The notes beneath the pieces were generated by a model, which did no database searches, was not told where the DNA came from, and worked only from the letters and a program-made list of their open reading frames with translations. The position numbers and the translations under genes are program-made. A stretch of 64,000 nucleotides of DNA from positions 14,797 through 78,796 of IMG/VR virus record IMGVR_UViG_3300041809_000308. One strand, written 5' to 3'. The first letter of the stretch is position 1. Each line of letters starts with the position of its first letter. The DNA is from a virus. Below, in pieces: positions 11,201-20,989 of this stretch.

Positions 11201-14200
11201 CTATCCAATTCAATCCATGTCCGCCGATGGTAAAAAGGCTTGGGGACGTATTGCTAGGAGATATACAGTGACAACAGTGCCAACTGATACGGTTCATGTA
11301 CCATCAGAAGCCAAAGGAACTGCATATTCCACAGATGACTCGGTGGAGGGGCGTTTTCAAATAGATTTGAAAACTGTTTTGCCGAAAACTGCCGCTGTTA
11401 GCCCCGAGGTCAGCCAGTGGTTCCGTAAAATGGTCGAGTTGAAGAAACAGTTTCATGAGGATTCAATGCTTCCCCTACGCGAGGCCGAAGCTCAAGCTCT
11501 TCGTGAACTGGGTGCGACCGCTTCTCCTGAGGCTGTGGCACAAAGAATCCATGAACTTATCGGTGGGAGGGGGGATATTCAGGACAGGATGTACGACAAT
11601 CCCCCGGAAATCAACAATGAGTACGAGGTTCAACAGTTCGGTAAACCTCTAAGCGAATTGCAAAGAGACGCGGAATTTGAGGACTGGGCTCGTAAGAAGG
11701 GGATTGAGATTCCAGAGTTTCCAAAGACGGCAGCGAAGAAGAACAAGCCCACCGCTGTTGTTATTATGGGTGACTCGAATCTCATTGAAGACAATAAAAG
11801 GGCAGAAAGTTTTTACGAGGAGTTGGGCGCGTTTCTTGAGAAGCTGGGGTTTGAAGTTAGCTTTGATGAGGGAGAACCATACACCGAACCCGAACCAGCC
11901 GACCTCTGGATTGGACACAGTAGAGGCGCAGACAGGCTTCGGTTTGCCCCCAAAGGCACCGCTGTAATAGGCATCAATGTTCCCCAGTCCGATGAGGAGG
12001 TTGATTATCCGATAATTAACAATCCAGATGACGCCATGTCAAAAAGGAAATTTGACCATGGTAAGTTAGTTCGGAGCAGTTGGACAGATGCACATTACAC
12101 CCTCACGGATGAAATGAAAGAAGAGTTGGTTAAGGTCATTTCAGAAGATGGTCTTATTAAGACGGCCAAGAGTCGGTATGTCGGCCCGTATGCCTTTTAC
12201 ATCGAGATTCCCTCGGCGGCTCGTGACCACTTTTGGAATGAGCCGCCAGAACACAACATGGAATTTTGGGCGTTCCGCAACACTCCTCGTGTGCTGAAGG
12301 GTGAACGCATCATCTTCACTATGGATAAGAAGCCTGTGGCTGAGGCTGTGTGTGCCTATGTAGAGAAGCCGGGACAGTCGAAGTGTGAACTTACTGGAAA
12401 ATATGAGAAGCACTGGAAGGTCTACTGGGAGCCTAAAAACTTCAAAAAGTACAAAACTAAGACGGCGGCAGAGCCTGAATCAGTTCCTTGGCAAACAGTC
12501 TGGAAGCACATCGAAAAGAACAATCCGCACGAAGGACCGAGAGACGCCTTTTTAGGAATCCCCATTACTGGTAAGGGTGCCACTTGGGTTAAGGAAACGA
12601 TTCAACCTGATGACCCACGTATTGACCGTAATGAAACGTCTGCGTACAGCCTGTACCCAGCCTCGAAGCGAGATGTGAAGAAGTACATGAAGATGTATCA
12701 ACAGGGTTCTCCCTTTCCACGTATTGTGTTGGGAGTACGGAGCAATAACAAGTTTGTAATCTATGATGGAGCCCACAGACTGCAAGCAGCAGTGAACCTT
12801 GGTGTGCCTATTGATGCTTATGTGGGATACCCAGAAGAAAATGCCCTTACTCAACGCCAAAGTAGCCTCAGAAATCCCTTGTTGGCAAAGAAGCTACCAT
12901 CCCTCAATGAACTGAAGAGGAAATTTGTATGGAAGCCGAACCCCTCTTACTTTGAGTTAGAAGGTGGGTTTGATTCTTGGTATCTGTTGCCTGATGGCTC
13001 CTACTTAAGTAGCAGGTTCAAGGATAGTGGTCATCACATGCACCATGGGCAGCTTGCCGCGTACGCTCTTGGAATGAACCCCGAGGACTTTGATGACGCT
13101 TATATCAAAGAAGACACATGGGACAATATCCGAGAGTTCTCTCGTAAGTTCAAAGCCATACGCATCAATGTGACTGGCGACAGTGTGAATGTGGACGCTC
13201 TCTTTCCACCAACCCCCGCACAGATGCGTGAACTTGCCAGACTGAGCGCGGGGAACAAGAAGGTCTACTGGGCTGACGATAGCCCAATTACAAGCGAATG
13301 GCTGGGTAAGGGAACCTTCCCTGACTTCCAGCGTTGGCTGGACTCACGCTTCGCTCCATCCACCAAGACGGCGGCTGAATATGAGAATGCCTACCAGCAA
13401 GACAGAAATGAATATGCTGGTGAGTGGAAAGAAACCGAGACCGAGGATGAATCCCGTACTCGTTACCGTCGCAAGAACGAGTGGGAACAGTCGTTACTCG
13501 CCGCACTGTCACTCGGAAAAATGAATCCCGATGATGCCGATACACGCAAGTATCTGGCAACGTCTATTGGTAGCCGTTTTGCTGATGCATTCAAGCCATT
13601 GCCACAAGTGTTGTACCACGTCACAACAGCTAAGAGCAAAGTACAGAACGGCGGATTGCAGTCTCGTTTCGAACTCAGTATGCAAAACGGTCTTGGTCTA
13701 GGCGGCGGGGACAACAAGTCCATCAGCTTCACCGAGGACTTGGACATCGCCAAGGGCATTTATAGTGCCATGATTGAAGCTAAGCGCGTTGCTGCCGGTG
13801 AGTTCACAGTTCAGCAAATGATGGACATTGCAGCCAAGGGAGAGGGTGCCGACCGTCCATGGATTACTGAATTCGTTCGTTGGGCTGGTGCCTATCGTTC
13901 ACACAATGAGTGGAGCCCCGGCCAGCCGCTGCCTGAAGACATGCAAGCCATTCTGGAAGGCAAGAAAGTCCAGAGTGTGGGATTTGTTGCTCCCATGTCT
14001 GAGAGCAAGCTTAAGGAGACTGGCTACGAACCCATAGGTGAGGGCTGGCAAGGACGCGACGAGCACTTCTGGAGTGCCTTCAAACGGCCTATGACTCCCA
14101 AGGAGAAGCAGGACGTTGAGTTTGACCAGTACAAGGTCTTCTGCTATGCCCGTGAGAACGCTGGCGGGGCTCTGAATCCCCTGTTCTTCTCTACGGACGT

Positions 14201-17200
14201 TGAGGGGTTGGCGAAGGTTCCTGAGGCAGAGATTGCCATCCTGAAGTTCAAGCCCGTTCTCGGTGCCATGGGGACGCAGGAATCGGCTCTTGGTGAGTGG
14301 CGGACTTACTCTGGTCAAGCTGTACAGTTGGTTGGTGATGTAAGCAAGACAGCCAGTGTCTACGATACCTACACCCCGGACGATGAGGATGACCACCCAT
14401 TGTTTGATAAATTAATCTCATTGAAACCAGCGTTTGTTGAATGCGTTCAAAAACTGTACAATAAATGGAGGCCAACCAAAACCAAATCCGGTGGTCTTTG
14501 TGACGACGTTGCAGCAGCATTCTCAGACATCATCCTGACTCATATAGCCATAGATGACATGGACACTGAACTTGGTGGATACACTGAACATGCATGGATT
14601 GTGGCTTACACTAAATCTGAATCATACGTAGTCGATGTTCCTTTCTGGAAATACGAATTCGGGAGTGGTGGGAACTGGAAGAAACTTCCCAATGTCCAAT
14701 TCACAGAAAACGACATCATAATTTTCCCCACAGATGAACTAATGGTTAAAACGGCGGCTGCCAACCCCCTTGTGATGTACCACGGCACCAGTGAGCCCTT
14801 CACAAAAGTGGATATGAGCAAAGGAGCACAGGGAGTGTTCTGGTTGACCTCCGACCCCAATTCTCTAAAGAGTGGAGAGCGCGGTGCATCAAGCACTAAG
14901 GTTATCTTGCGTTGTTTGGTTATTATCAAGAACCCGGCTGGATGGGAAGAGTATGAAAAGAAAAGTATTGGTGAGTTGAAGCGCGATGGGTTCGATGGTG
15001 TCATTCTGCCTGACCCTGATGGCAGTTTCGACGCCATTGTGTTCAAACCCAGTCAAGTGAAAATCGTGGGGGAGGAAAAGATTGCCTCCGGTTCAGTAGA
15101 AGTCTCACCCGAGGGTAGATTCAAGAACTTCACCCTCTCACTCGAAGAAAGAACTTTGGCAAACAAGCCCACAGTCACGATAAGTGCGTACACCATGGGG
15201 GAAGAAATCTATGTCGGTCATGTTACCTTTGTAAAACGTGATGACGGGAAGCTAGAGCCTGTGAATCTTGAAGTCTCATACAACTACCGTAGACAAGGGC
15301 TTGCTACAGCAATGTACATGTTCGCAGAGCAAAAAACCGGATGCAAAATTGCACCCGCTGTGGAACAAACAAGTAATGGAAGGCGACTGTGGAACCAACT
15401 AAACCGTCCCTTCGGTAATAAAAAAGAAGCCAAACAGTTGAAAGACATTGAAGGCAACAGAGATTTGTTTTCAACTATTGTTAAGGAGCAAGGGCTCACT
15501 GTAGAAACAGACCCCAAAGGCATTCGGTCGGCAGTTCTGAGACAACCCCTAATCCTTCATCACGCTACTCCGAAAAAGAACCTGCTTGAAATCGAAAAGA
15601 ATGGTCTCCAGCCTCGTTCGGATGATGGGTGTTACCCCATCGGGAGGAAACTGTTTCTTGGTCTCGAAGACACCTGTTCTCAATATTTAGGCGGTCTGGA
15701 AAACATTAAAAATAGTGTTGTGTTGGAGGTTACACTTCCGACAGGTACACGTATCTACGACAACGACTTTGAAGCGGATGAAGTGTTTATCCAAACTGCA
15801 ATTCCTCCGACTGGGATTAGAAAAACCGCCGCCCGTGGTGAAGCATGGCGTGGTCACGCTGACCAAAGCGAGTCGGAGGAATCCAAGCGTGCATGGTATT
15901 TAGAAATGCTTAGAAAACTGATTAGTGAGGCGAAGAATACACTTCGTGATGAGGCTGACCCACTAGAGCAAAAGCGTCTGACTGAAGCCATTAAGACCTA
16001 TGAGACCTTAAGAGAGAACATGGGCACACAAGGTATTCTATCCCCATTCAAGAGCGCCCTCCTGAAGTCCGCTGCCGACCTGTGGCACGGTGGACGTATC
16101 TATGGGCCAATTCAGATTCAAGCACCAACAAAAGGTCGGTATGAAGCTGGGCCGGGGTTATATTTGACGACCAGCTACTCGCGTGCATCTTCGTATGCGA
16201 AAGGTGGAGGTTCAACCTTCCTTGTTTCATTGAAGGATGGTCTGAACTTTGCTAATAAGGTTGAGATTCCTTTGAACGAGGGTGCGGAATTTGCCACTCG
16301 TTATTTAGGTAAGGGTAAACTAATCGCCAAGGACTTGAAAGCCAACTGCGAACGCATGAAGAAGAACACGTTCACGGCGGACATCCTCATCAACCTCACT
16401 GTCAACTACGAAGCCGGTTCCGGGAAGAGAGGCATGTACTTGTTGAACTTCTTGGTCGAACATGGCGTTGACGCTGCAATTGAGGAGCAGGGCAACGGCG
16501 AACAGTGGGTTGTTGTTTTCAATCCCAAGGTGGTCACAAAGGTCAGGAAGATTCCCGCCGCTGAGGTCACCCCTGAGATGTGGCATCTTCCGAAAATTGC
16601 AGCTATGACACCAGAACAGATGTTACAATCAGCAAAATTTTGGGAGAGCGCCTGTTTCTCTCACGGTGAACCGGGGAGAGTTCCCGCTGAGTCACTCAAT
16701 TGGAGAGAAGAAACATTTGACCTTAACAAATTAAAGGGGTGGGCTCAAGGAGACTGGGATTGGCTGTATGAAGATGAAAGGGAGAGAGACATCGAGAATT
16801 TCGAGACTCTTGAAGGTGCAGAAAAATTTGTCAAAGAGATGTGCGAAGCTATCAAGGATGGGACAATCGAAGAGATAGTTGTAGCTCAGGGAACGGATAA
16901 GAATTTCTATGTATGGGACGGCAATCACCGTGTGGGAATTGCCCACGTTATTGGTGTAAACACTCTACCAGCATTAGTGGGATACCAGAAGCCAAAGAAG
17001 ACAGCCTCAAAGAAGAAACTTTCCATCCTGTATCTGGATGATTGTCGCGTGCCCGACGACCCTGAGGTCATTCATGTTCACAACTATCAGGAGTTCGTGC
17101 AATATCTGAGCACGCACGAAATGCCTGACCTCATTTCGTTCGACCACGATATTGACCTTGAACACGCACCGACCGAAGAACAAGCACAAAAGCGTGATGA

Positions 17201-19811
17201 CGAATGGCGTGTGCCTTACGAGGACTACACCAAGCCGACCGGCGTAGACTGTGCAAAGTGGCTCGTGTCGCATAACATGCCAGTTAAAGCGTGGCAAGTT
17301 CATTCAGCCAACCCAGTGGGCGGCGACAACATTTGGGAAGTGATGAAAGCCAAATGGCCGCGAGGAGAAGTCTTCTATAACATTCCCCATCACAACGATG
17401 AGAAGAATGTCTACGGCGACAAAGTGCGAAATGGGATGCGTGTAGCTGCTGTCAGGCGAGTATTCCATGGCACCCCAGTCGCCTTCGAAAATTATGATTC
17501 CCATTGTGGGGTGTACTACTTTACAGACGACACTGAATATGCTGACTGGTTTGCGAACACCAGACATGGGATTCACACTGGGGTAACTCAAATCTATGAC
17601 CTAGACTTGAAGAATCCCTTCGATGCTCGTAAAGTGAAAAATCTCACCTTCCAAGAGTACGCTCAACTTCTTGGCATAGAGGAGAAAGACTTACTGTGGG
17701 AAGCCCGGTGGTATGAGACAGGTAAGAAGCGCCCGTTCTGGTACTGGTTCAACAAAATCAGAATGACCTCCAAAGAAGCCTTTCAAGCACAAGGGTACGA
17801 TGGTGTGATTCAAAAAGAGCGCACGGCTGTTTATGGTGCCGAAGCGAAAGCAAATTCTTATGTGGCGTTCTCGCCGGGGCAGTTCAAGAAGACCGCAGCG
17901 GAAGAATTCAACTTGGATGATTATCTCTCCAAGGTGACTTACGAGAACGACATCTACGACGCCCATGGCAACGAAACCTACGGCACCGTCCGCTGCAAAG
18001 GACCGAACGGGCAGACAGTGGGCTACATCGACTACAGTCTTTACACAGACTACGATATACACACGGAGTCCGGTGAACCCGCTGAGGTCATTCATATCAA
18101 GATGATTGAGACCCACCCGGAGGCTCGTCACCGGGGGATTGCAACCAAGATGCTTCAGAAGTTGAAGGCAGACTGTCCCGGCTATCTGCTGAACTGGGGG
18201 GGTCTCACACCGGCAGGTAGTGCATTTCGGGAAGAGTTTGAAAAGAATGTCACCGCAGCGATGCACTGGTACTACCATATCAGCCCAACCATAAATCGTG
18301 CTTCAATTCTTGAACACGGGCTCCGGGCTCAGATACAAGAGTTCATAGACATCAACCGTCCCGCTGGTGTTTATGTGTTCAAGACAGAGCAGAACGCCAT
18401 CAACTTTGCCCACAATACATGGTGGAATTTCTCAGGAGCCGAACGCGGTCTTGATCTTTGGAAAGTAAAAATCGAATCCACAGTGTTGAAGGTCGATGAC
18501 CACCCGGAGGTTAAGGACGCTTACTACACTTCAGATAGTGTGCCGGTAGCCAATTTGAAATTGGAGTCATATTTGACTGAAGACGGTGGAGAGTTTGATC
18601 CTTCGGAAGAAGATGGACACTTGGAAGAAGATGACATCGAATATCTCGATGGGGATAAAACAGCGTCAAAGATAGCTGCACCGCGTGGCATTTACTATCA
18701 CGGTTCTTCCATCAAGAATCTGCGGAGCATTCTCACGCAGGGGCTCGTACCCATGGAGAAGGGAAAGAACTGGCAAGACGATCCCGATGCTGGTTTCTAC
18801 AACCCAAGCCGGGAGAGCTACGGCGGGACATACGTCACCAAGAACCTCATGACTGCCCTTGGTGCTCCACGTGACAAGGGAGAAGAGGGCCGTGAGGTTA
18901 TTGTGTGCATGGAACTCCAGCCCAACACCTTCTACTTGGACGAGGACGACATCAACTTCTACATCTCGAAACCACTCTCGGGAAATCTAAACGACAGTAG
19001 CTACTACATCGGTCTCTACTACCTTGCCAACACGCTTCCTGATGCGGATCAAACTTTCAAGGAGAGCATCGCAGAGATGCGAGATGGCTTCGTGAAGAGA
19101 ACCATCAAGTCCATCGAATTCAAGATGAACAACTACAGCGAGGAGGGCAAACCTCTCCACGAAGGACTGAAAGCACAACTCGCCAAGCTTTTACATGGTG
19201 AAGTGTGGGACGCCTCTCTCAATCGCATGGCAGCACACGCTGCATCGAAGGCATCAAATTATGACAAGGCACACTGGGAGAATACAGTTCACCCACCGAA
19301 GAAGGATGCACAGGGTGAATGGATTGAAGAAGAGAGAGCTACGTTCCCATCGGTCGCCGAAGCTGAGGCTCAGTTCAAAACAGCATCAGAGAAAGTCACC
19401 CGCACCTTGCGTACTCTCGCAACTCGCGGAAACACTACCAATGCTCGTATCCCAACCCCTATCGGATACAGTGGCTCGAATCATATCACGGCTGTAGCAG
19501 AAGTTCGAGATGGCACGAAGTACCGCGAAACTGAGGCTGGTGGGTTTGCTAAGCCATCCCATATCATCGTTCATTATGGCACGCTGCCGCAGAACTTCCT
19601 TGACCAATACAAGGAACGAGTGGGTGACAGGTTCGTGGTGACTAAGCCGGGGGAGGAGCCGCCCCCAATGCCGGAGGAGCCTGACAAGGCACCAGAGATG
19701 CCTGACCCCAACAACATGGAATTCGCTGGTGGCGTTCCTGAGGGCTGGAAGCTATCTACCAAAAAGGAAACCCCGCCACTGGCGGGGTCCAGTGAAGCAC
19801 TGTTACCTTAA
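8250..19811 (+). CDS. Polyvalent protein 3 (3853 aa), about 24 modules: ART-like, GNAT, ParB-like, receiver-like, papain-like, alpha/beta-hydrolase-like
   Basis: Motifs: repeated YHGT..GYDG; GLGQMLYD, RRQGLATAMY and RHRGIATKML (GNAT); YDGAHRL and WDGNHRV (ParB-like); LYLDD..ISFDHD..HSANPVG; IGHSRG. Modules are joined by KTAA/KTAS/KIAA linkers. Confidence 0.85.
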   Translation: MMEHPDYYMEEGCGIYALAVASKYPNAEIYIISRNHGEEWSRSIPYEITHVFCRVPGEGDFDVRGKRTPDQMAADFDTANDYSIKGPWSPQEFYAKFMGNSDNKPLFGTKKDIKEVMTKIAAAPSWIPTFKQLLNEYGGDITKDDKASYDYYVPILSKLKFPLTIYRQIYVNSLDDIKLRGKGKKPGLGRFWADKESLACSHNADEDSGDIEVLLRAVVQPTDIDWLDTFYARIVYGEDEAEISIAPGTPLNVTGMRVNKSKWQVPPPGVKTAASTPVPPDKLSVEIVRVGDVCNVNDYNGYACISKKASGVKVRAYHGTTKNFDVFDTPAMFHVRRKYCEDLIAGQPDGHVVEAILTFKNPADLDTLHMSPSDPKFKEMAKSLEEQGYDGAQYKKEAWIAFYPEQIEIVRPKVAAEVAVQEPEISTPEEDDYAIERQTYGLPKDWKPAKPPEVKRDEPATETQVPKSAPPPVEHKQKVPRQRKQKMPTYTPPTENKAFLRWFGKSKVVGSNGQPLVVYHGTTHDFDVFNTEYGNPENHYGVGFYFTSSRDDTKNYAGVGPDLTSRIDHEAENLVNEWRRWRHGEIDYGVEPPDWVIGGWAEMSDDEKREAFQDMDWSAQLAIAKAEVKKKLVGEHGGAVMPCYLRIVKPVIVAPHGGTYFTLGYTRDGDYKGKLFDAVVRTLTYQFWGDTFGEDAHDGLNAYDFEQKLRKSEAMMDEDIMNEGGPGPVITEIYKNMGFDGIIMENPAQEFRNMGIESGTKHYIVWNPSQIKSALGNVGKFNKKNPSIVASGEEDFHEYIGNCTDDAVVESVFGDATLFAQALEKATPIDDTTMQSDEYGVLIKYDPETDIHSFYKTAAKRIKTVEEIEHLTEDEKELCKKTRPASDKTAMPNYDYSHYTDRETAIKTLNFEYQKYGANVVFSAENPADDRYQPGYLEANIVDDYIVVSDVFIGTSWTGTGLGQMLYDYAISESKKMGLSYFVSYPIQSMSADGKKAWGRIARRYTVTTVPTDTVHVPSEAKGTAYSTDDSVEGRFQIDLKTVLPKTAAVSPEVSQWFRKMVELKKQFHEDSMLPLREAEAQALRELGATASPEAVAQRIHELIGGRGDIQDRMYDNPPEINNEYEVQQFGKPLSELQRDAEFEDWARKKGIEIPEFPKTAAKKNKPTAVVIMGDSNLIEDNKRAESFYEELGAFLEKLGFEVSFDEGEPYTEPEPADLWIGHSRGADRLRFAPKGTAVIGINVPQSDEEVDYPIINNPDDAMSKRKFDHGKLVRSSWTDAHYTLTDEMKEELVKVISEDGLIKTAKSRYVGPYAFYIEIPSAARDHFWNEPPEHNMEFWAFRNTPRVLKGERIIFTMDKKPVAEAVCAYVEKPGQSKCELTGKYEKHWKVYWEPKNFKKYKTKTAAEPESVPWQTVWKHIEKNNPHEGPRDAFLGIPITGKGATWVKETIQPDDPRIDRNETSAYSLYPASKRDVKKYMKMYQQGSPFPRIVLGVRSNNKFVIYDGAHRLQAAVNLGVPIDAYVGYPEENALTQRQSSLRNPLLAKKLPSLNELKRKFVWKPNPSYFELEGGFDSWYLLPDGSYLSSRFKDSGHHMHHGQLAAYALGMNPEDFDDAYIKEDTWDNIREFSRKFKAIRINVTGDSVNVDALFPPTPAQMRELARLSAGNKKVYWADDSPITSEWLGKGTFPDFQRWLDSRFAPSTKTAAEYENAYQQDRNEYAGEWKETETEDESRTRYRRKNEWEQSLLAALSLGKMNPDDADTRKYLATSIGSRFADAFKPLPQVLYHVTTAKSKVQNGGLQSRFELSMQNGLGLGGGDNKSISFTEDLDIAKGIYSAMIEAKRVAAGEFTVQQMMDIAAKGEGADRPWITEFVRWAGAYRSHNEWSPGQPLPEDMQAILEGKKVQSVGFVAPMSESKLKETGYEPIGEGWQGRDEHFWSAFKRPMTPKEKQDVEFDQYKVFCYARENAGGALNPLFFSTDVEGLAKVPEAEIAILKFKPVLGAMGTQESALGEWRTYSGQAVQLVGDVSKTASVYDTYTPDDEDDHPLFDKLISLKPAFVECVQKLYNKWRPTKTKSGGLCDDVAAAFSDIILTHIAIDDMDTELGGYTEHAWIVAYTKSESYVVDVPFWKYEFGSGGNWKKLPNVQFTENDIIIFPTDELMVKTAAANPLVMYHGTSEPFTKVDMSKGAQGVFWLTSDPNSLKSGERGASSTKVILRCLVIIKNPAGWEEYEKKSIGELKRDGFDGVILPDPDGSFDAIVFKPSQVKIVGEEKIASGSVEVSPEGRFKNFTLSLEERTLANKPTVTISAYTMGEEIYVGHVTFVKRDDGKLEPVNLEVSYNYRRQGLATAMYMFAEQKTGCKIAPAVEQTSNGRRLWNQLNRPFGNKKEAKQLKDIEGNRDLFSTIVKEQGLTVETDPKGIRSAVLRQPLILHHATPKKNLLEIEKNGLQPRSDDGCYPIGRKLFLGLEDTCSQYLGGLENIKNSVVLEVTLPTGTRIYDNDFEADEVFIQTAIPPTGIRKTAARGEAWRGHADQSESEESKRAWYLEMLRKLISEAKNTLRDEADPLEQKRLTEAIKTYETLRENMGTQGILSPFKSALLKSAADLWHGGRIYGPIQIQAPTKGRYEAGPGLYLTTSYSRASSYAKGGGSTFLVSLKDGLNFANKVEIPLNEGAEFATRYLGKGKLIAKDLKANCERMKKNTFTADILINLTVNYEAGSGKRGMYLLNFLVEHGVDAAIEEQGNGEQWVVVFNPKVVTKVRKIPAAEVTPEMWHLPKIAAMTPEQMLQSAKFWESACFSHGEPGRVPAESLNWREETFDLNKLKGWAQGDWDWLYEDERERDIENFETLEGAEKFVKEMCEAIKDGTIEEIVVAQGTDKNFYVWDGNHRVGIAHVIGVNTLPALVGYQKPKKTASKKKLSILYLDDCRVPDDPEVIHVHNYQEFVQYLSTHEMPDLISFDHDIDLEHAPTEEQAQKRDDEWRVPYEDYTKPTGVDCAKWLVSHNMPVKAWQVHSANPVGGDNIWEVMKAKWPRGEVFYNIPHHNDEKNVYGDKVRNGMRVAAVRRVFHGTPVAFENYDSHCGVYYFTDDTEYADWFANTRHGIHTGVTQIYDLDLKNPFDARKVKNLTFQEYAQLLGIEEKDLLWEARWYETGKKRPFWYWFNKIRMTSKEAFQAQGYDGVIQKERTAVYGAEAKANSYVAFSPGQFKKTAAEEFNLDDYLSKVTYENDIYDAHGNETYGTVRCKGPNGQTVGYIDYSLYTDYDIHTESGEPAEVIHIKMIETHPEARHRGIATKMLQKLKADCPGYLLNWGGLTPAGSAFREEFEKNVTAAMHWYYHISPTINRASILEHGLRAQIQEFIDINRPAGVYVFKTEQNAINFAHNTWWNFSGAERGLDLWKVKIESTVLKVDDHPEVKDAYYTSDSVPVANLKLESYLTEDGGEFDPSEEDGHLEEDDIEYLDGDKTASKIAAPRGIYYHGSSIKNLRSILTQGLVPMEKGKNWQDDPDAGFYNPSRESYGGTYVTKNLMTALGAPRDKGEEGREVIVCMELQPNTFYLDEDDINFYISKPLSGNLNDSSYYIGLYYLANTLPDADQTFKESIAEMRDGFVKRTIKSIEFKMNNYSEEGKPLHEGLKAQLAKLLHGEVWDASLNRMAAHAASKASNYDKAHWENTVHPPKKDAQGEWIEEERATFPSVAEAEAQFKTASEKVTRTLRTLATRGNTTNARIPTPIGYSGSNHITAVAEVRDGTKYRETEAGGFAKPSHIIVHYGTLPQNFLDQYKERVGDRFVVTKPGEEPPPMPEEPDKAPEMPDPNNMEFAGGVPEGWKLSTKKETPPLAGSSEALLP
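19761..19790 (-). terminator. Intrinsic terminator for the convergent minus-strand gene
   Basis: GGACCCCGCC-AGT-GGCGGGGTTTCCTTTTT on the minus strand. Confidence 0.7.
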
Positions 19812-20819
19812 CTACTTTCCAGCCGTAGCAGCCTTCGCGTTGCCCTTGGCAGCGGGAGCCGGTGCGGGAACAGAAAGAACGGAGTTGCCATGCTCGATCC
19901 GCGAAACCTGAGTGTTGGCCCGCATCAACGCGCCTGTCCACAAGGACACAAGGGCTTGGGCTTCATTCAAGTGATGCTGCGTGATTTCGAGGAATGCTTT
20001 GGACGACAGAAGCGTCTTGTTCGGAAAGTCCGAGGTCGCCAATTGCCCGGTCGCCGACAGCGTGTACCACAGGAAGTTGCTGTCCGCCCACTTCTTGCTG
20101 TTGGGTGAAAGCTTCTGCTTGCTCTTCAAGGCGTTGAAAGCCGCAGAACGCGCCCCGCGACGAGTGGGGTCGGTGAGGTCCTTGATGTACTTGGCAGGAA
20201 GACCAACACGTTCGATAATACGAGCGGCGTTCACCGGCTTCTTCGCAGCTTCGAGTGCCTTCTTTTCAGCACGAGCCGAGGCGAGTGCCTTCTGCGTCCA
20301 GATACCCTTCGCCTTCGCGTAAAGCTTATCGACACGCCACCGTGCCAACATTGGCATCGCCTTGGCAACTTCGTCCTTGGTGTACCCCTCATCCACAAGA
20401 TGCTGAACGTTCCAGAGCAGGTCAGCTTCCTTGAGACCACGCTGGCGAGTCTTGAGAATGTCCTTGGAGACGGCGTAGGGACGGACTACGAGTTCGCGAG
20501 TGTCGGCGTCCAACTTCTCGAAGCTAGGAATATCGTCGTAAACTTCAACAGGGATTTTGGGGTCGTCTTCGCCGAGAAGAATTCTCAAAGCGAGTGCAGC
20601 GTTGCGACCAACGATGATGACGTAATCGCCCGTGACTTCGATGGGGAACTTGAGCAGTGCCCCGAGTGCTTCGTCGGCGTTCTTGTATGAAGGAATGAGT
20701 TCCTTCGTTACGAAGTCGGGGTCCTGTGCTCCCTCGGCTCGGGTGTCCATCTTGTGTTGCAACTGTGAGTACAACACTTCCGCTTTTGTGCGCGAACTGA
20801 AATCAATCACTTTGCTCAA
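19812..20819 (-). CDS. Hypothetical protein, possibly degenerate ParB-like/DNA-binding early protein
   Basis: 335-aa ORF with a GGAG RBS and an upstream sigma70-like promoter. PIEV..YVIIVGRN is weakly ParB-like. Confidence 0.55.
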   Translation of the reverse strand: MSKVIDFSSRTKAEVLYSQLQHKMDTRAEGAQDPDFVTKELIPSYKNADEALGALLKFPIEVTGDYVIIVGRNAALALRILLGEDDPKIPVEVYDDIPSFEKLDADTRELVVRPYAVSKDILKTRQRGLKEADLLWNVQHLVDEGYTKDEVAKAMPMLARWRVDKLYAKAKGIWTQKALASARAEKKALEAAKKPVNAARIIERVGLPAKYIKDLTDPTRRGARSAAFNALKSKQKLSPNSKKWADSNFLWYTLSATGQLATSDFPNKTLLSSKAFLEITQHHLNEAQALVSLWTGALMRANTQVSRIEHGNSVLSVPAPAPAAKGNAKAATAGK

Positions 20820-20907
20820 GATGCTCTCCTCTCAAATTGCAGCCGCCGTCGTTTGGACCTCAACGGGTGGTTCCGTCTCTTATTCCTTGGAGAGCGGCTA
20901 CGACTGA

Positions 20908-20937
20908 AGTATACCAGAGCAAACTCAATTCTGGCTA
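20908..20937 (-). promoter_or_regulatory. Sigma70-like early promoter
   Basis: TAGCCA-N18-TATACT with an AT-rich upstream element; same architecture at 26184-26213. Confidence 0.6.
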
Positions 20938-20989
20938 CTTGTGAGAAAATTATTTTTGATTCAGAAATTGATCCTTTATTTTCAATACG

